Below, one piece after another: positions 30,023-38,870 of a DNA stretch of 64,000 bases. Location of the stretch: assembly GCA_943358385.1 (NCBI GenBank), contig CALRGX010000003.1, positions 2,771-66,770 of the forward strand, read 5' to 3'. How positions within the stretch are numbered: position 1 is the first letter of the stretch; each line of letters starts with the position of its first letter. The notes under the pieces were generated by a model that did not search any database, was not told the origin of the DNA, and worked only from the letters and a program-made list of their open reading frames with translations. The DNA is from Parcubacteria group bacterium (GTDB taxonomy: Bacteria > Patescibacteriota > Minisyncoccia > Phycocordibacterales > UBA2100). The position numbers and the translations under genes are program-made.

Positions 30023-30050
30023 GGACAAGGGTTTAGGGATTAGCGTATAG
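30013..30050 (+). repeat. 7-bp-period tract containing a G3x4 G-quadruplex motif
   Basis: TAGGGAA TAGGGAC AAGGGTT TAGGGAT TAGCGTA TAG. Confidence 0.7.
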
Positions 30051-30125
30051 AAAGGATAAGCAGGAAGACAAAAAAAGAAGAGGCCGGCGCATAGCGCCGG
30101 CCTCGATGCCTCTCTGGTGCTCACA

Positions 30126-30236
30126 CTAGCCATGGATAATCCACGGGAGTGCGATGATGGCCGAAAGTGCGAGCGCAAGCGCGATACCGAGTGCAATACC
30201 CCAGTATCCGAGCTTGTGCGTGCCTTCGTAGATCAT
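30126..30236 (-). CDS. 36-aa single-transmembrane small protein (not in the ORF track)
   Basis: AAGGAG SD, MIYEGTHKLGYWGIALGIALALALSAIIALPWIIHG*, followed by a hairpin at 30080-30104. Confidence 0.55.
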   Translation of the reverse strand: MIYEGTHKLGYWGIALGIALALALSAIIALPWIIHG

Positions 30237-30253
30237 ATGTCTCTCCTTCGTTG

Positions 30254-30634
30254 CTACTTCTTTCGCTTCTTGGTTCTTTTGCCTTTGTTGCTGCCCTTGC
30301 GCTCACTTTTGGGTGGGGGCGGTGTAGGCAGATTTTCCGTGACTTGTCCCAACTCAACACTCAGTGAATCAAGTGCGTCGACTGCAGCTTCTACCCGGGC
30401 CATTGCTTCGTCTTGGAATACTTCCCATGTAGTGTTGAGTTGTACACGCAGTGCAGCAATCTGACTCGGGTCAGCTTTCACACGTTCGAGTTGCGTGAGG
30501 AACTGCTCGAGTGCGTGGTGCAATTGGGCACCGTCGTTGTTCAGAACGTGAGACGCGAGCTTCAATTCCGTGAGTAAGCGAGCAATACTTCCTGCAAGCT
30601 CGGCAAATCGCCGCTTGGTGATTTCGTCGGGCAT
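30254..30634 (-). CDS. Hypothetical helical protein with a basic C-terminal tail
   Basis: GGGAGG SD before the ATG at 30634; ends KGKRTKKRKK. Confidence 0.6.
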   Translation of the reverse strand: MPDEITKRRFAELAGSIARLLTELKLASHVLNNDGAQLHHALEQFLTQLERVKADPSQIAALRVQLNTTWEVFQDEAMARVEAAVDALDSLSVELGQVTENLPTPPPPKSERKGSNKGKRTKKRKK

Positions 30635-30878
30635 AAGAGCCTCCCTATGCTTCAGCTGCCATGTTTCTATCACAGTATATCCATCCTCCAAAGGTACCCA
30701 AGTGGTAGGGGAACACTTTTGCATCGCGGCATAAAAAATCGTATGATATCGGGGCTTTGGCAGGGCGTGTGTTCTACTATGCTTTGCCTCAGCATCTGTC
30801 CTGGGTTTAGTGTCTGGTTTGTATTTGGGGCAGCGGCGCTATACCCTAAAACCTAAACCCTACTCCCTTGGCTTTCAT

Positions 30879-30950
30879 GGCCCTATCGTCTAGCGGCTAG
30901 GACACGGCCTTCTCAAGGCTGTAACCGGGGTTCGATTCCCCGTAGGGTCA
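30879..30950 (+). tRNA. tRNA-Glu (CTC), integration target
   Basis: Acceptor stem GGCCCTA/TAGGGTC, anticodon arm CGGCC-ttCTCaa-GGCTG, T loop GTTCGATT. Confidence 0.93.
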
Positions 30951-32476
30951 CATTCAGAAACTTGGTCGGAAGTAAGCGCGAAATCTGGGCGCGCCGAAGG
31001 CGCGCTGTATGGCGAGGGAATGAAATCCGTCTTGCGGGCGCGGGCGAATTCGGAGGGCGGGCAAAATGAGATCGAAATAGTTTTGTCTTTTAGCGCGGGG
31101 TTCGTTCCGAAGGAACGCAGAAAATCTCGCATTTCGTGGAGATTTTCACTGGTTGCCAGAAACCCCGCGCGTTTTGAATCCAAAATCCACTTCCGCAGGG
31201 GTTCGACCCAATTCTTTCTCTCGGCTCGGGCAGATGAAGATTTTGCTTGAAGCGAGCTCCTTTGACGCATGAGCGCGTCCTTTTTCGTTAGATATATGTC
31301 GCGCTCAATATCGTGGTTTAAGTACAAATCCACGAGTGCGTCGAGCTTCGCTTCAAGCGTTTTCAAATCTTCCTTCATCTGCCCGAGCCGATTTCCCGAA
31401 GCGTGAATTTCGTCATGCTCAAAAACCTCTACTTTTTTGAGCATATAATTTGCCCACGCTTCGGGAAGCGACACTGTTTGAAGCTGTTCCTTTACTTGGA
31501 GAGCGAGCGCATCTTCCTGCAAATATCCTTGACCACATTTTCCTTTCTTTTTCGTACAACGATAATAGCGATACCGACCGCCCATTTTTCCAGTACACCA
31601 TTGAGCAGTTATCATCGAGCCACATTCCCCACAACGAAAAAGTCCGGTGAAAGGAAAATTGTGAGATATTTTGCTATGCCTCGGATGCGCTCGCACGAGA
31701 AGTTGTTTCTGCACAGCTTCAAACAGTGTCGGAGAAAGAATTGGCGCAAAGCTTCCGGGAAAATATTCCTCACGATGCTTGGTAAATCCCAAGTATGCAC
31801 GATTCGTCAAGATCCTTTTCACGGAAGCTTTGCCAAGGGGCGTTCCGGACTTTTGAGCAACACCGTGGTCAGCCAAAAATTGCGACAACGAAATGAGGGT
31901 ATGTGTTCCTTTTACATACTCGCCAAACGCGCGCACAATAATTTTAGATTTCACCGGATTAGGTTCGATATTTCGTGTGGTGGGGTTGTTCACATACCCG
32001 AATGGAGCGCGGGTTAGCCATTCTCCGCGTCGCAATTTTTGGCGCATACCTCGCTCAACATTTTGCTTCAAATTGTCGGAATAATATTTGCTCTGTCCGA
32101 ACGCCACTTGAAGCATAAATAGCCCCTGCGGAGTGGGTTCAAACCAAAATGTCGGAAAACGCAAAGAGATGATTTTTGAAGTGTCTACGGCGTAAATGAT
32201 GCGTCCTCCGTCAATACTATTTCTCGCTAGTCGGTCAGGATGCCATGCGAGGATGCCAACATTGCCTAACTTATCAATTTTGAGCATCATTTCGCCGAAC
32301 ACTTCTCGTCCCGGACTCTTTGCGCTTTTCGACTCTTGAAATTCCTCAAGAATTTCAAGATTTTCTCTGCTCGCAAATTCACGAAGTTCCACAAGTTGAG
32401 CTGGAATACTCATCACTTGCTTATCGTCATCTTCGGTGCTCTTGCGAGCATAGAGAAAATATTTTGGTTTGTTCAT
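30890..32476 (-). CDS. Large serine recombinase (integrase)
   Basis: YARKST catalytic Ser, DRLARN, APFGY recombinase domain, CGECG...YRYYRC zinc ribbon, coiled coil; the ORF reads on into the antisense tRNA. Confidence 0.93.
   Translation of the reverse strand: MNKPKYFLYARKSTEDDDKQVMSIPAQLVELREFASRENLEILEEFQESKSAKSPGREVFGEMMLKIDKLGNVGILAWHPDRLARNSIDGGRIIYAVDTSKIISLRFPTFWFEPTPQGLFMLQVAFGQSKYYSDNLKQNVERGMRQKLRRGEWLTRAPFGYVNNPTTRNIEPNPVKSKIIVRAFGEYVKGTHTLISLSQFLADHGVAQKSGTPLGKASVKRILTNRAYLGFTKHREEYFPGSFAPILSPTLFEAVQKQLLVRAHPRHSKISHNFPFTGLFRCGECGSMITAQWCTGKMGGRYRYYRCTKKKGKCGQGYLQEDALALQVKEQLQTVSLPEAWANYMLKKVEVFEHDEIHASGNRLGQMKEDLKTLEAKLDALVDLYLNHDIERDIYLTKKDALMRQRSSLQAKSSSARAERKNWVEPLRKWILDSKRAGFLATSENLHEMRDFLRSFGTNPALKDKTISISFCPPSEFARARKTDFIPSPYSAPSARPDFALTSDQVSECDPTGNRTPVTALRRPCPSR
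30948..31062 (+). repeat. Arm A, left copy (115 bp); inverted repeat of 32532-32646
   Basis: Exact reverse complement of 32532-32646 by base-by-base reading. Confidence 0.92.
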
Positions 32477-32531
32477 AAATAGTTTTTGGATTCAAAAAAA
32501 GAAACTATTAAGATCTCATTTCTTGCTTTCC

Positions 32532-32867
32532 GCCCGCCCTCCGAATTCGCCCGCGCCCGCAAGACGGATTTCATTCCCTCGCCATACAGCGCGCCTTCGG
32601 CGCGCCCAGATTTCGCGCTTACTTCCGACCAAGTTTCTGAATGTGATCTAATCATATCCTTTGCGCGAACCTTTTTCGAGAGCTAATCGCACGCTCCGCG
32701 TGCGTGGTGGCTTTAGACCAATGCGTACGCTCCGATTGCGTGGTGACTCTCACAATCCGACCAGCGCCTCGCGGACTCGGCGCTCCGCCCTCGCCCCGTT
32801 CCGCCTTTCCATACTTATTTTTTCGCGGGGGGGGATTTTTTTAAAATTGAATGGGCGGAAACGGGGC
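32532..32867 (+). repeat. Internal inverted attP-like junction: arm A (32532-32646) joined to arm B (32643-32867) at GTGA
   Basis: Left part matches 30948-31062 and right part matches 38871-39093, both inverted. Confidence 0.9.
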
Positions 32868-32872
32868 GAGGG

Positions 32873-33298
32873 CTACGAACGTAACTTCTTATAAAGAACA
32901 AATCCTATAAACATAGCCGCACCTCCTATCACGAGATGTGGCGTGTTAAGAACCAATCTCGTAAACATATCTGCAACTGGCTCTGTATCAAAATGAAAAA
33001 GATTGAGATTGAGGTATGCTTTACCAGCAAAAACTCCCACGACACCGTCAAGGAAATAAGCTGTCCCAAATGCTCTAAAATAGAACAAGGCGGCGCCACG
33101 AGAATACCACGCTGCAAGTGCAGCCCAGATTCCGGAGAGGATATGCAGATTGTTTGCTATGGGTTCAAGTTTGAAAAAGCCGAATATCAAGCCGTTTTCC
33201 GCAATAATGAAAGGCATGTAATTCATTGCAGCCAAAAAAGTAAACATAGCTGTAAATAACCACGCCAAATTTTGAACTGTAAAATATTTATAGACCAT
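32873..33298 (-). CDS. Membrane protein, DUF4383-like
   Basis: Four transmembrane segments, LIFGFF, NNLHILSG, PHLVIG. Confidence 0.6.
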   Translation of the reverse strand: MVYKYFTVQNLAWLFTAMFTFLAAMNYMPFIIAENGLIFGFFKLEPIANNLHILSGIWAALAAWYSRGAALFYFRAFGTAYFLDGVVGVFAGKAYLNLNLFHFDTEPVADMFTRLVLNTPHLVIGGAAMFIGFVLYKKLRS

Positions 33299-33359
33299 GA
33301 GGGTGTCGCTAGTTATTAGTAAAATGTATTATAATAATAGCACAGCTTAAATACGTCCT

Positions 33360-34964
33360 GTGGCAAAACTACGATCACACTTGAAACCGAAAATCTCAAG
33401 CATCCTGCTTGTCTTTTTTGCGCTTCTCGCCTTGATTCTTGGAAAGAAAACATACGATCTCGCCGCCGCGCCGAAAAATGAGAGAGATTGCAATTTTGTC
33501 TATCCGTATACGACCGATAAAACAACGATTGAAATACGATATTCCGGTTTGGATGAATCAGGACTCGAAGTGCTTCAAAAGGGCGGGACGATCAATGATG
33601 CGAGCTGTCTCAATAAAACGAATGTATATGCGATTGTGCAGGTCAGGAGCGAGGACGATATCGAGGCCGCGCTCCAATTCGCCCGTGAGCATGATCTCAA
33701 AGTCACTCCTGCAGGTGAGCATCACAGTATGGGCGGACAGAGTTTCTCCCGCGGTGGTCTCGTGCTCGACATGCGAGAGTTTGACCAGATAAAGGTAGAC
33801 AAAGCAAACAAGATACTCAATGTACAAAGCGGCGCGTCATGGAAAGAAGTACAGGCAGTGCTTGATCCGTTGGGACTTGCGGTAAAGGCGATGCAATCCA
33901 TCAACATCTTCACAGTGGGAGGAACGCTAAGCGTCAATGCTCACGGCATTGTGCATGATCCGGGACAGATCGCCCCGACGGTGCGTCAGATTCGAGTCAT
34001 GTTGAGTTCCGGAGAAATTAAAACTGCAAGCCCCACCATAAATCCTGAATTGTTTAGCGCTGTGCTCGGCGGCTACGGCCTCTCCGGCATTATTCTCGAT
34101 GTTGATCTTGATATCGTTGACAACGAGTCATATGCGTGGAAGACGGAATACATGGATTTCAAAGATTTTCCCGAATATTATCGGAACGAGATTATCGGGA
34201 ACGACGACGTCGGACTTTTTTATGCGCGACTCTCGATTGCGCCGGGCTCTTATCTCACAGAGACGGCAATTCATCGGTATGAAAAACTTGATTTTGAGAT
34301 GGAGCCGGAGCCGCTACGGGGTGCATCAAAAGTTTGGATAAAGCGTCTTATCTTCAATATTTCAAAAACCGGAGGACTTGGCCGATGGATGCGCTGGACT
34401 ACCGAAAAATATCTTGAGCCGGGCGTGCATACCTGTATCTCCCGCAACCAAGCGATTGCGACTGGCCATGAGGAGGAGATTTGTGTGGCAAGTCGAAACA
34501 ACAAAATGAATCAATCAATGGAATACCTTGACGTCCGACAGAAAGATACCAACATCCTGCACGAATACTTTATCCCTCTTGAAAACTCGGTAGCGTTTAT
34601 CGAGGGATTGAAAAAAGTAGTAAGGGAGGATGACGTAAATCTTTTGAATGTGACCCTGCGCATCGTCACGAAGGATACGATTACCGCGCTGCCATACGCA
34701 AAAGACGACCGCATCGCATTCGTGCTTTACTTCAATCAAAAATTGAACGAAAAGGACAGCAAGAAATTGGAGAAAGCGACCGTGGACTTGATTGATCTCG
34801 CTGTTGCAAACGGAGGAACATATTATCTCCCGTATCAACTCTATTACTCAAAAGAACAGTTGCGCGCAGCGTATCCCGAAATAGACCGCTTCTTTGGACT
34901 GAAGCACAGATATGACCCGATTGGTTTATTCTCTAACTCCTTTTACGAAAAGTACGGCGACTGA
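33360..34964 (+). CDS. Membrane-anchored FAD-binding oxidoreductase (VAO/aldonolactone oxidase/DprE1-like fold)
   Basis: GEHHSMGGQ, TVGGTLSVNAHG, GGYGLSGII, GGTYYLPY, YDP.GLF.N. Confidence 0.85.
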   Translation: MAKLRSHLKPKISSILLVFFALLALILGKKTYDLAAAPKNERDCNFVYPYTTDKTTIEIRYSGLDESGLEVLQKGGTINDASCLNKTNVYAIVQVRSEDDIEAALQFAREHDLKVTPAGEHHSMGGQSFSRGGLVLDMREFDQIKVDKANKILNVQSGASWKEVQAVLDPLGLAVKAMQSINIFTVGGTLSVNAHGIVHDPGQIAPTVRQIRVMLSSGEIKTASPTINPELFSAVLGGYGLSGIILDVDLDIVDNESYAWKTEYMDFKDFPEYYRNEIIGNDDVGLFYARLSIAPGSYLTETAIHRYEKLDFEMEPEPLRGASKVWIKRLIFNISKTGGLGRWMRWTTEKYLEPGVHTCISRNQAIATGHEEEICVASRNNKMNQSMEYLDVRQKDTNILHEYFIPLENSVAFIEGLKKVVREDDVNLLNVTLRIVTKDTITALPYAKDDRIAFVLYFNQKLNEKDSKKLEKATVDLIDLAVANGGTYYLPYQLYYSKEQLRAAYPEIDRFFGLKHRYDPIGLFSNSFYEKYGD

Positions 34965-35891
34965 TTAGCGGTGTTCATACTTATCCCGCATCTTCTTCGC
35001 AAGTGGTGGTTCGTCCGTGACGAGGCCGTATGAATTCTTGCGAAGCGCGAAGTCAACCGACGTTTCGTCGTTGACCGACCAGAGAAACACCGGGTATCCC
35101 TTCGCAAGGAGTTTATCGATCACGGCTTCATCAACTTGATACTGAATACTGACCGCATCGGGCTTTACAAGTTTTCTAATCAGAGTCCGCGTCCACTCCG
35201 TTTGTAAGTACCACGGCAATGTAACTCGGTCTTCTTCCTTCGTTTCCGCAATCCGTTTCGGATCCCACCCTGTATCCATGAATATGAAAACCGTCTTGAT
35301 GCGCGGATCCATTTTTTTGAGGCGATGCAGGACAACCGGATTGAACGAACTTATATACACCCGCTCATACGCATTATGTTTTGCTAGTACCTCGTTCACG
35401 CGCCGCTCGATGCCTGTATCCGACGCGGCGGGCACTTTCAACTCAACCATCAGGTATGCATCGGGTGTTATCTCCTTGACAAAATCCTCGAACGTCTTGA
35501 TGTATACGCCAGAAAATCCGTTCCCATACTTTGTTCCGAGATCATACGTTTGCAGTTCTGTAAGCGTCTTTGCATCAATGCGGCCTTCGCCCGTTGTAAA
35601 CCGCTCAAGGGACACGTCATGGAAAATCACCACTTCTTCATCCTGCGAGAATTGAGCATCAACATCTACACCGTCAAACCCTTGTGCAACGGCAATTCGC
35701 GCTCCCTCCAAGCTGTTGTCAGGCGCATGATTACCAAAACCGCGATGTGCAAACACCAATATTTGTTCGTCAGTTGAAATTAAGCCTTTGTATTTTGGCT
35801 CGTATAAAAACAGGTACGCTGGAAGTGCAACGACCACCAAGACAATAACCGAGGTGTATTTGAATATTTTTCCTTTTGCGAAAGTGGGCAT
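34965..35891 (-). CDS. Glycerophosphodiester phosphodiesterase family protein
   Basis: AHRG, PDNSL, VVIFHD, ELK, ISSFN, WSVND, TDEP. Confidence 0.9.
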   Translation of the reverse strand: MPTFAKGKIFKYTSVIVLVVVALPAYLFLYEPKYKGLISTDEQILVFAHRGFGNHAPDNSLEGARIAVAQGFDGVDVDAQFSQDEEVVIFHDVSLERFTTGEGRIDAKTLTELQTYDLGTKYGNGFSGVYIKTFEDFVKEITPDAYLMVELKVPAASDTGIERRVNEVLAKHNAYERVYISSFNPVVLHRLKKMDPRIKTVFIFMDTGWDPKRIAETKEEDRVTLPWYLQTEWTRTLIRKLVKPDAVSIQYQVDEAVIDKLLAKGYPVFLWSVNDETSVDFALRKNSYGLVTDEPPLAKKMRDKYEHR

Positions 35892-35940
35892 ATTCTCCTA
35901 TATCAAGATATACTAACAGTATACTTCCTTTCACAAACGA

Positions 35941-36828
35941 ATGACATTCTCTGCTTTCAAAAAACATAAGGTGGTGCGCTTGATTGCGCGAGTGGCTATC
36001 GGTACAGTCGTACTTTTCGCAATTCTTGTGTTATCACTTCTGTTGTTTCGCGAGCCTTCAAACGATAGGGATTGGGCGTTTGATCAGTCAATATTGCCGT
36101 ATGCAATTTTTGACGGCGACATAGTGACGATAAAAAATATCCGCAACTTCTCCTATGCGTCGCGCAACGAATATGCGCCAAACTATTACGACAAGACGTT
36201 TGATTTACGAACGATAGAATCAGTGGATTATATTGTTGAGCCACTTGCCAGCATCGCCGCCGCGCACACGTTTTTGAGTTTCGGCTTTAAGAATGGCGAT
36301 CATGTTGCCATCTCCATTGAAATACGAAAAGAAAAGGGCGAGGAATTTTCCCCGTTCCGAGCACTCGTCAACGAGTACGAGATCATGTATGTCATCGTTG
36401 ATGAGCGCGACACTATACAACTCCGTGCTATACATCGGGACAACCCTGTTTATCTCTATTCTGCCAAAGTATCGCCTGATAAGATAAGACCGCTATTCGT
36501 TGATATACTGGAGCGAGCAAACAAGCTGAAAGAGAAGCCGGAATTTTACAACACTCTTACAAACACCTGCGCAACGAACATTGCAGACCATATCAACAAT
36601 ATCTCGCCTGGACGCATCTCGTTTGATTGGCGAATTTTGCTTCCACTTGATTCCGATCAATTTGCCTACGAACTTGGATTGATTGACAACTCACTGCCGT
36701 TTGAGGAAGTACGCCAGAAACATCTTATAAACGATTTTATAAAAGAGTACGCAGACGACCCCGACTTTTCCGTCAAGATACGCGAAGCGCAACAGCGCTC
36801 GCTCGCTAATACCGACTCATCCCAGTAA
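35941..36828 (+). CDS. DUF4105 / Lnb-like N-terminal domain protein
   Basis: PSNDRDW, NIRNF, AHTFLSFGF, FYNTLTNTCATN. Confidence 0.8.
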   Translation: MTFSAFKKHKVVRLIARVAIGTVVLFAILVLSLLLFREPSNDRDWAFDQSILPYAIFDGDIVTIKNIRNFSYASRNEYAPNYYDKTFDLRTIESVDYIVEPLASIAAAHTFLSFGFKNGDHVAISIEIRKEKGEEFSPFRALVNEYEIMYVIVDERDTIQLRAIHRDNPVYLYSAKVSPDKIRPLFVDILERANKLKEKPEFYNTLTNTCATNIADHINNISPGRISFDWRILLPLDSDQFAYELGLIDNSLPFEEVRQKHLINDFIKEYADDPDFSVKIREAQQRSLANTDSSQ

Positions 36829-38263
36829 ATTCTCCAAAACGATACCAAAGTGTCTTGCCGATGCTTGTGCCGGCGTACGTCTCGTAATCTGTCGAGTAGG
36901 TCTTGCCCTCTGTATTGTTCCAGCTCGCGTTAAAGAACGCCATCGCATCGTTGATTGCCCTAACTCCAGCATCACCGGAGACAAGGACGTTCGTTTCCAG
37001 ATTAAGATTGTCGAGATTGCGCCTCGTGAGGTTTGCCGAGCCTTGAATAATTGAATTCGCACCGTTTTTCTTGAAAATGAGTAATTTACTATGACACTGC
37101 TCGCCGTGCGTATCGCACCAGCGAATCGTAGTATTGCCGTTCGTGTACTCTGCAAGTTCATGCGCGACTTGTCGGTTCGGAATTCCGTTTTTCTCTCTGC
37201 CGAAAGCGTCTTTATTCGGATCAAGTAAAAGGCGTATTTTCACACCACGTTCGTCCGCTTGCTTGAGTGCTCGCACGATGTCACGATCTGAAAGATAGAA
37301 CATCGCCATATCAAATTCATCGTTGCTCCCAAGTTCTGCTAACAGTTCAAGTATCTTCTTCTCGATTGCTCGCTCTGTGAGTAGTTGTACGCGCACATCA
37401 CCATTCCGGTCATTAATCGTGTCGAGAATATGCTTAGATGGTTCTATAAAGTTTGCATCAGAAAAACGAGCTACTACGCGTTCGCTTCGAAGCACATCTT
37501 GCCACAAATTGTCATCAACTCGTATTGCTGTATTACTATGTGCGCTTGAGCCATCGTGAGGGTTGGCGGAGGTTATGAGTACCGAAAAGCCGCTGGTTCT
37601 TTCTCTTGCATCGTCCGTCATGAGCACCTTTCGATGGTTTGCTTTGAAGTTGAACGAATTGAGATACGAGACGATGTTTATGTTTGGTTTTCGAGCATCA
37701 AGCGCGTTTGGTACTATGTCGCCAAGTCCTTGATCCGGTAGCCACCTAAAAAATGTTCTCCACAAAGCACTAAATACAGGATTGCTGTCACGAAGCGGAA
37801 TGAGATTTGTTGTTATGACGGAAATACCCGCGCGCTCCAAATCTTTGAAGTGATCGGGGGTGTATCCTCCGTACATTGAGTTGATAGGGTCGGTAATCAC
37901 TTGGATAACGATGTCCGGTTTTTGTGTTTTCTTTTCAATCAGTAGGTCGGTGAGTTCCTTAGAGAGTTGTCGGTGCGACGTAGTCGCAGTTCCTAAAAAG
38001 TCGCTGAAAAAAAACATGTCGAGCAGGATATATGTCTCGGCATTTTTGATCATACGAAACGCCTCGTCAAATATCTGCTGGTCGGAATGTCGTACACCGC
38101 CTTTGTCGATGTACGTTCGGTCACTAAAAAAATCTATACTCGAATTCGGAACAGTGTACGATTGACTTTCGAGCGTTAAACCGTTTGGGAGCGGTTTGTA
38201 TGCTCCGTATAATCCTACAATGGCGACGAGAGCAACGACTCCAAAAATTATTTTTCTTATCAC
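36806..38263 (-). CDS. Phospholipase D family protein, secreted or anchored
   Basis: HKD-type motifs HRKVLMTD and HSKLLIFK...GSANLT; GTG start 6 nt after TACAAT. Confidence 0.88.
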   Translation of the reverse strand: MIRKIIFGVVALVAIVGLYGAYKPLPNGLTLESQSYTVPNSSIDFFSDRTYIDKGGVRHSDQQIFDEAFRMIKNAETYILLDMFFFSDFLGTATTSHRQLSKELTDLLIEKKTQKPDIVIQVITDPINSMYGGYTPDHFKDLERAGISVITTNLIPLRDSNPVFSALWRTFFRWLPDQGLGDIVPNALDARKPNINIVSYLNSFNFKANHRKVLMTDDARERTSGFSVLITSANPHDGSSAHSNTAIRVDDNLWQDVLRSERVVARFSDANFIEPSKHILDTINDRNGDVRVQLLTERAIEKKILELLAELGSNDEFDMAMFYLSDRDIVRALKQADERGVKIRLLLDPNKDAFGREKNGIPNRQVAHELAEYTNGNTTIRWCDTHGEQCHSKLLIFKKNGANSIIQGSANLTRRNLDNLNLETNVLVSGDAGVRAINDAMAFFNASWNNTEGKTYSTDYETYAGTSIGKTLWYRFGEFTGMSRY

Positions 38264-38870
38264 ATAGATATTGTACCGCAGAAGCAGTTCTGATTTTAGG
38301 GAGTCCCGCCCGCGACCCCTTCCGCCCTTCGCGGGCGGGATGTGCGCGCACTGGGTGGGAGGGGCAAGCACATACGGCTTCGCGCCTCGGACATTTCCGC
38401 TAGGGCGTCCACGCCCTTGGATGAGCGCCGCCGTAATCTTGCAATACAGAAATTCGAAGCGGAAGCGACACCACGAACGCTATTTTGAAAACGAGAAGGG
38501 GGTTGTGCGAGGGAGGACTCCGAAGGCACAAACAACGAAGGCAAAGACATAGGTAAACTACTAACTAAAATAAAGCACTGAATACTCTAGCAAACCACTG
38601 CGAGGAGGAGACCGAAGCTGGGGGGAGGATTCCTTCCTACCCCCAAACAGCATGGCGCCCGAGCACCCGCTCCGCAGAGCGGGAGTGCGAGGAGAAGCGC
38701 CAAACCTAGACATCTAGGCGCGAGTAGCCCTAGCGGAAATGTTCCGAGGCGGATGCCGAGGATGGACTCCATGGGCTGGACGAACCACTAGCGATAAAAA
38801 ATGACACGAGGCTCAATATTGAATTTGCATTTTCTTCCGACTGCTTCTTCCTTAGAAGAAGCCCGGCCGA

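Noticed and set aside
30948-32646. IS or transposon with terminal inverted repeats
   Set aside because: The enzyme is a large serine recombinase, not a DDE transposase; there is no target-site duplication beyond the 4-bp core, and one repeat is part of the coding sequence.
32486-32894. ORFs 32486-32686 and 32661-32894 (and mirrors 38788-39075, 39050-39253) as independent genes
   Set aside because: They are translations of the att-arm repeats; one mirror is frameshifted by the G tract and none has a convincing start.
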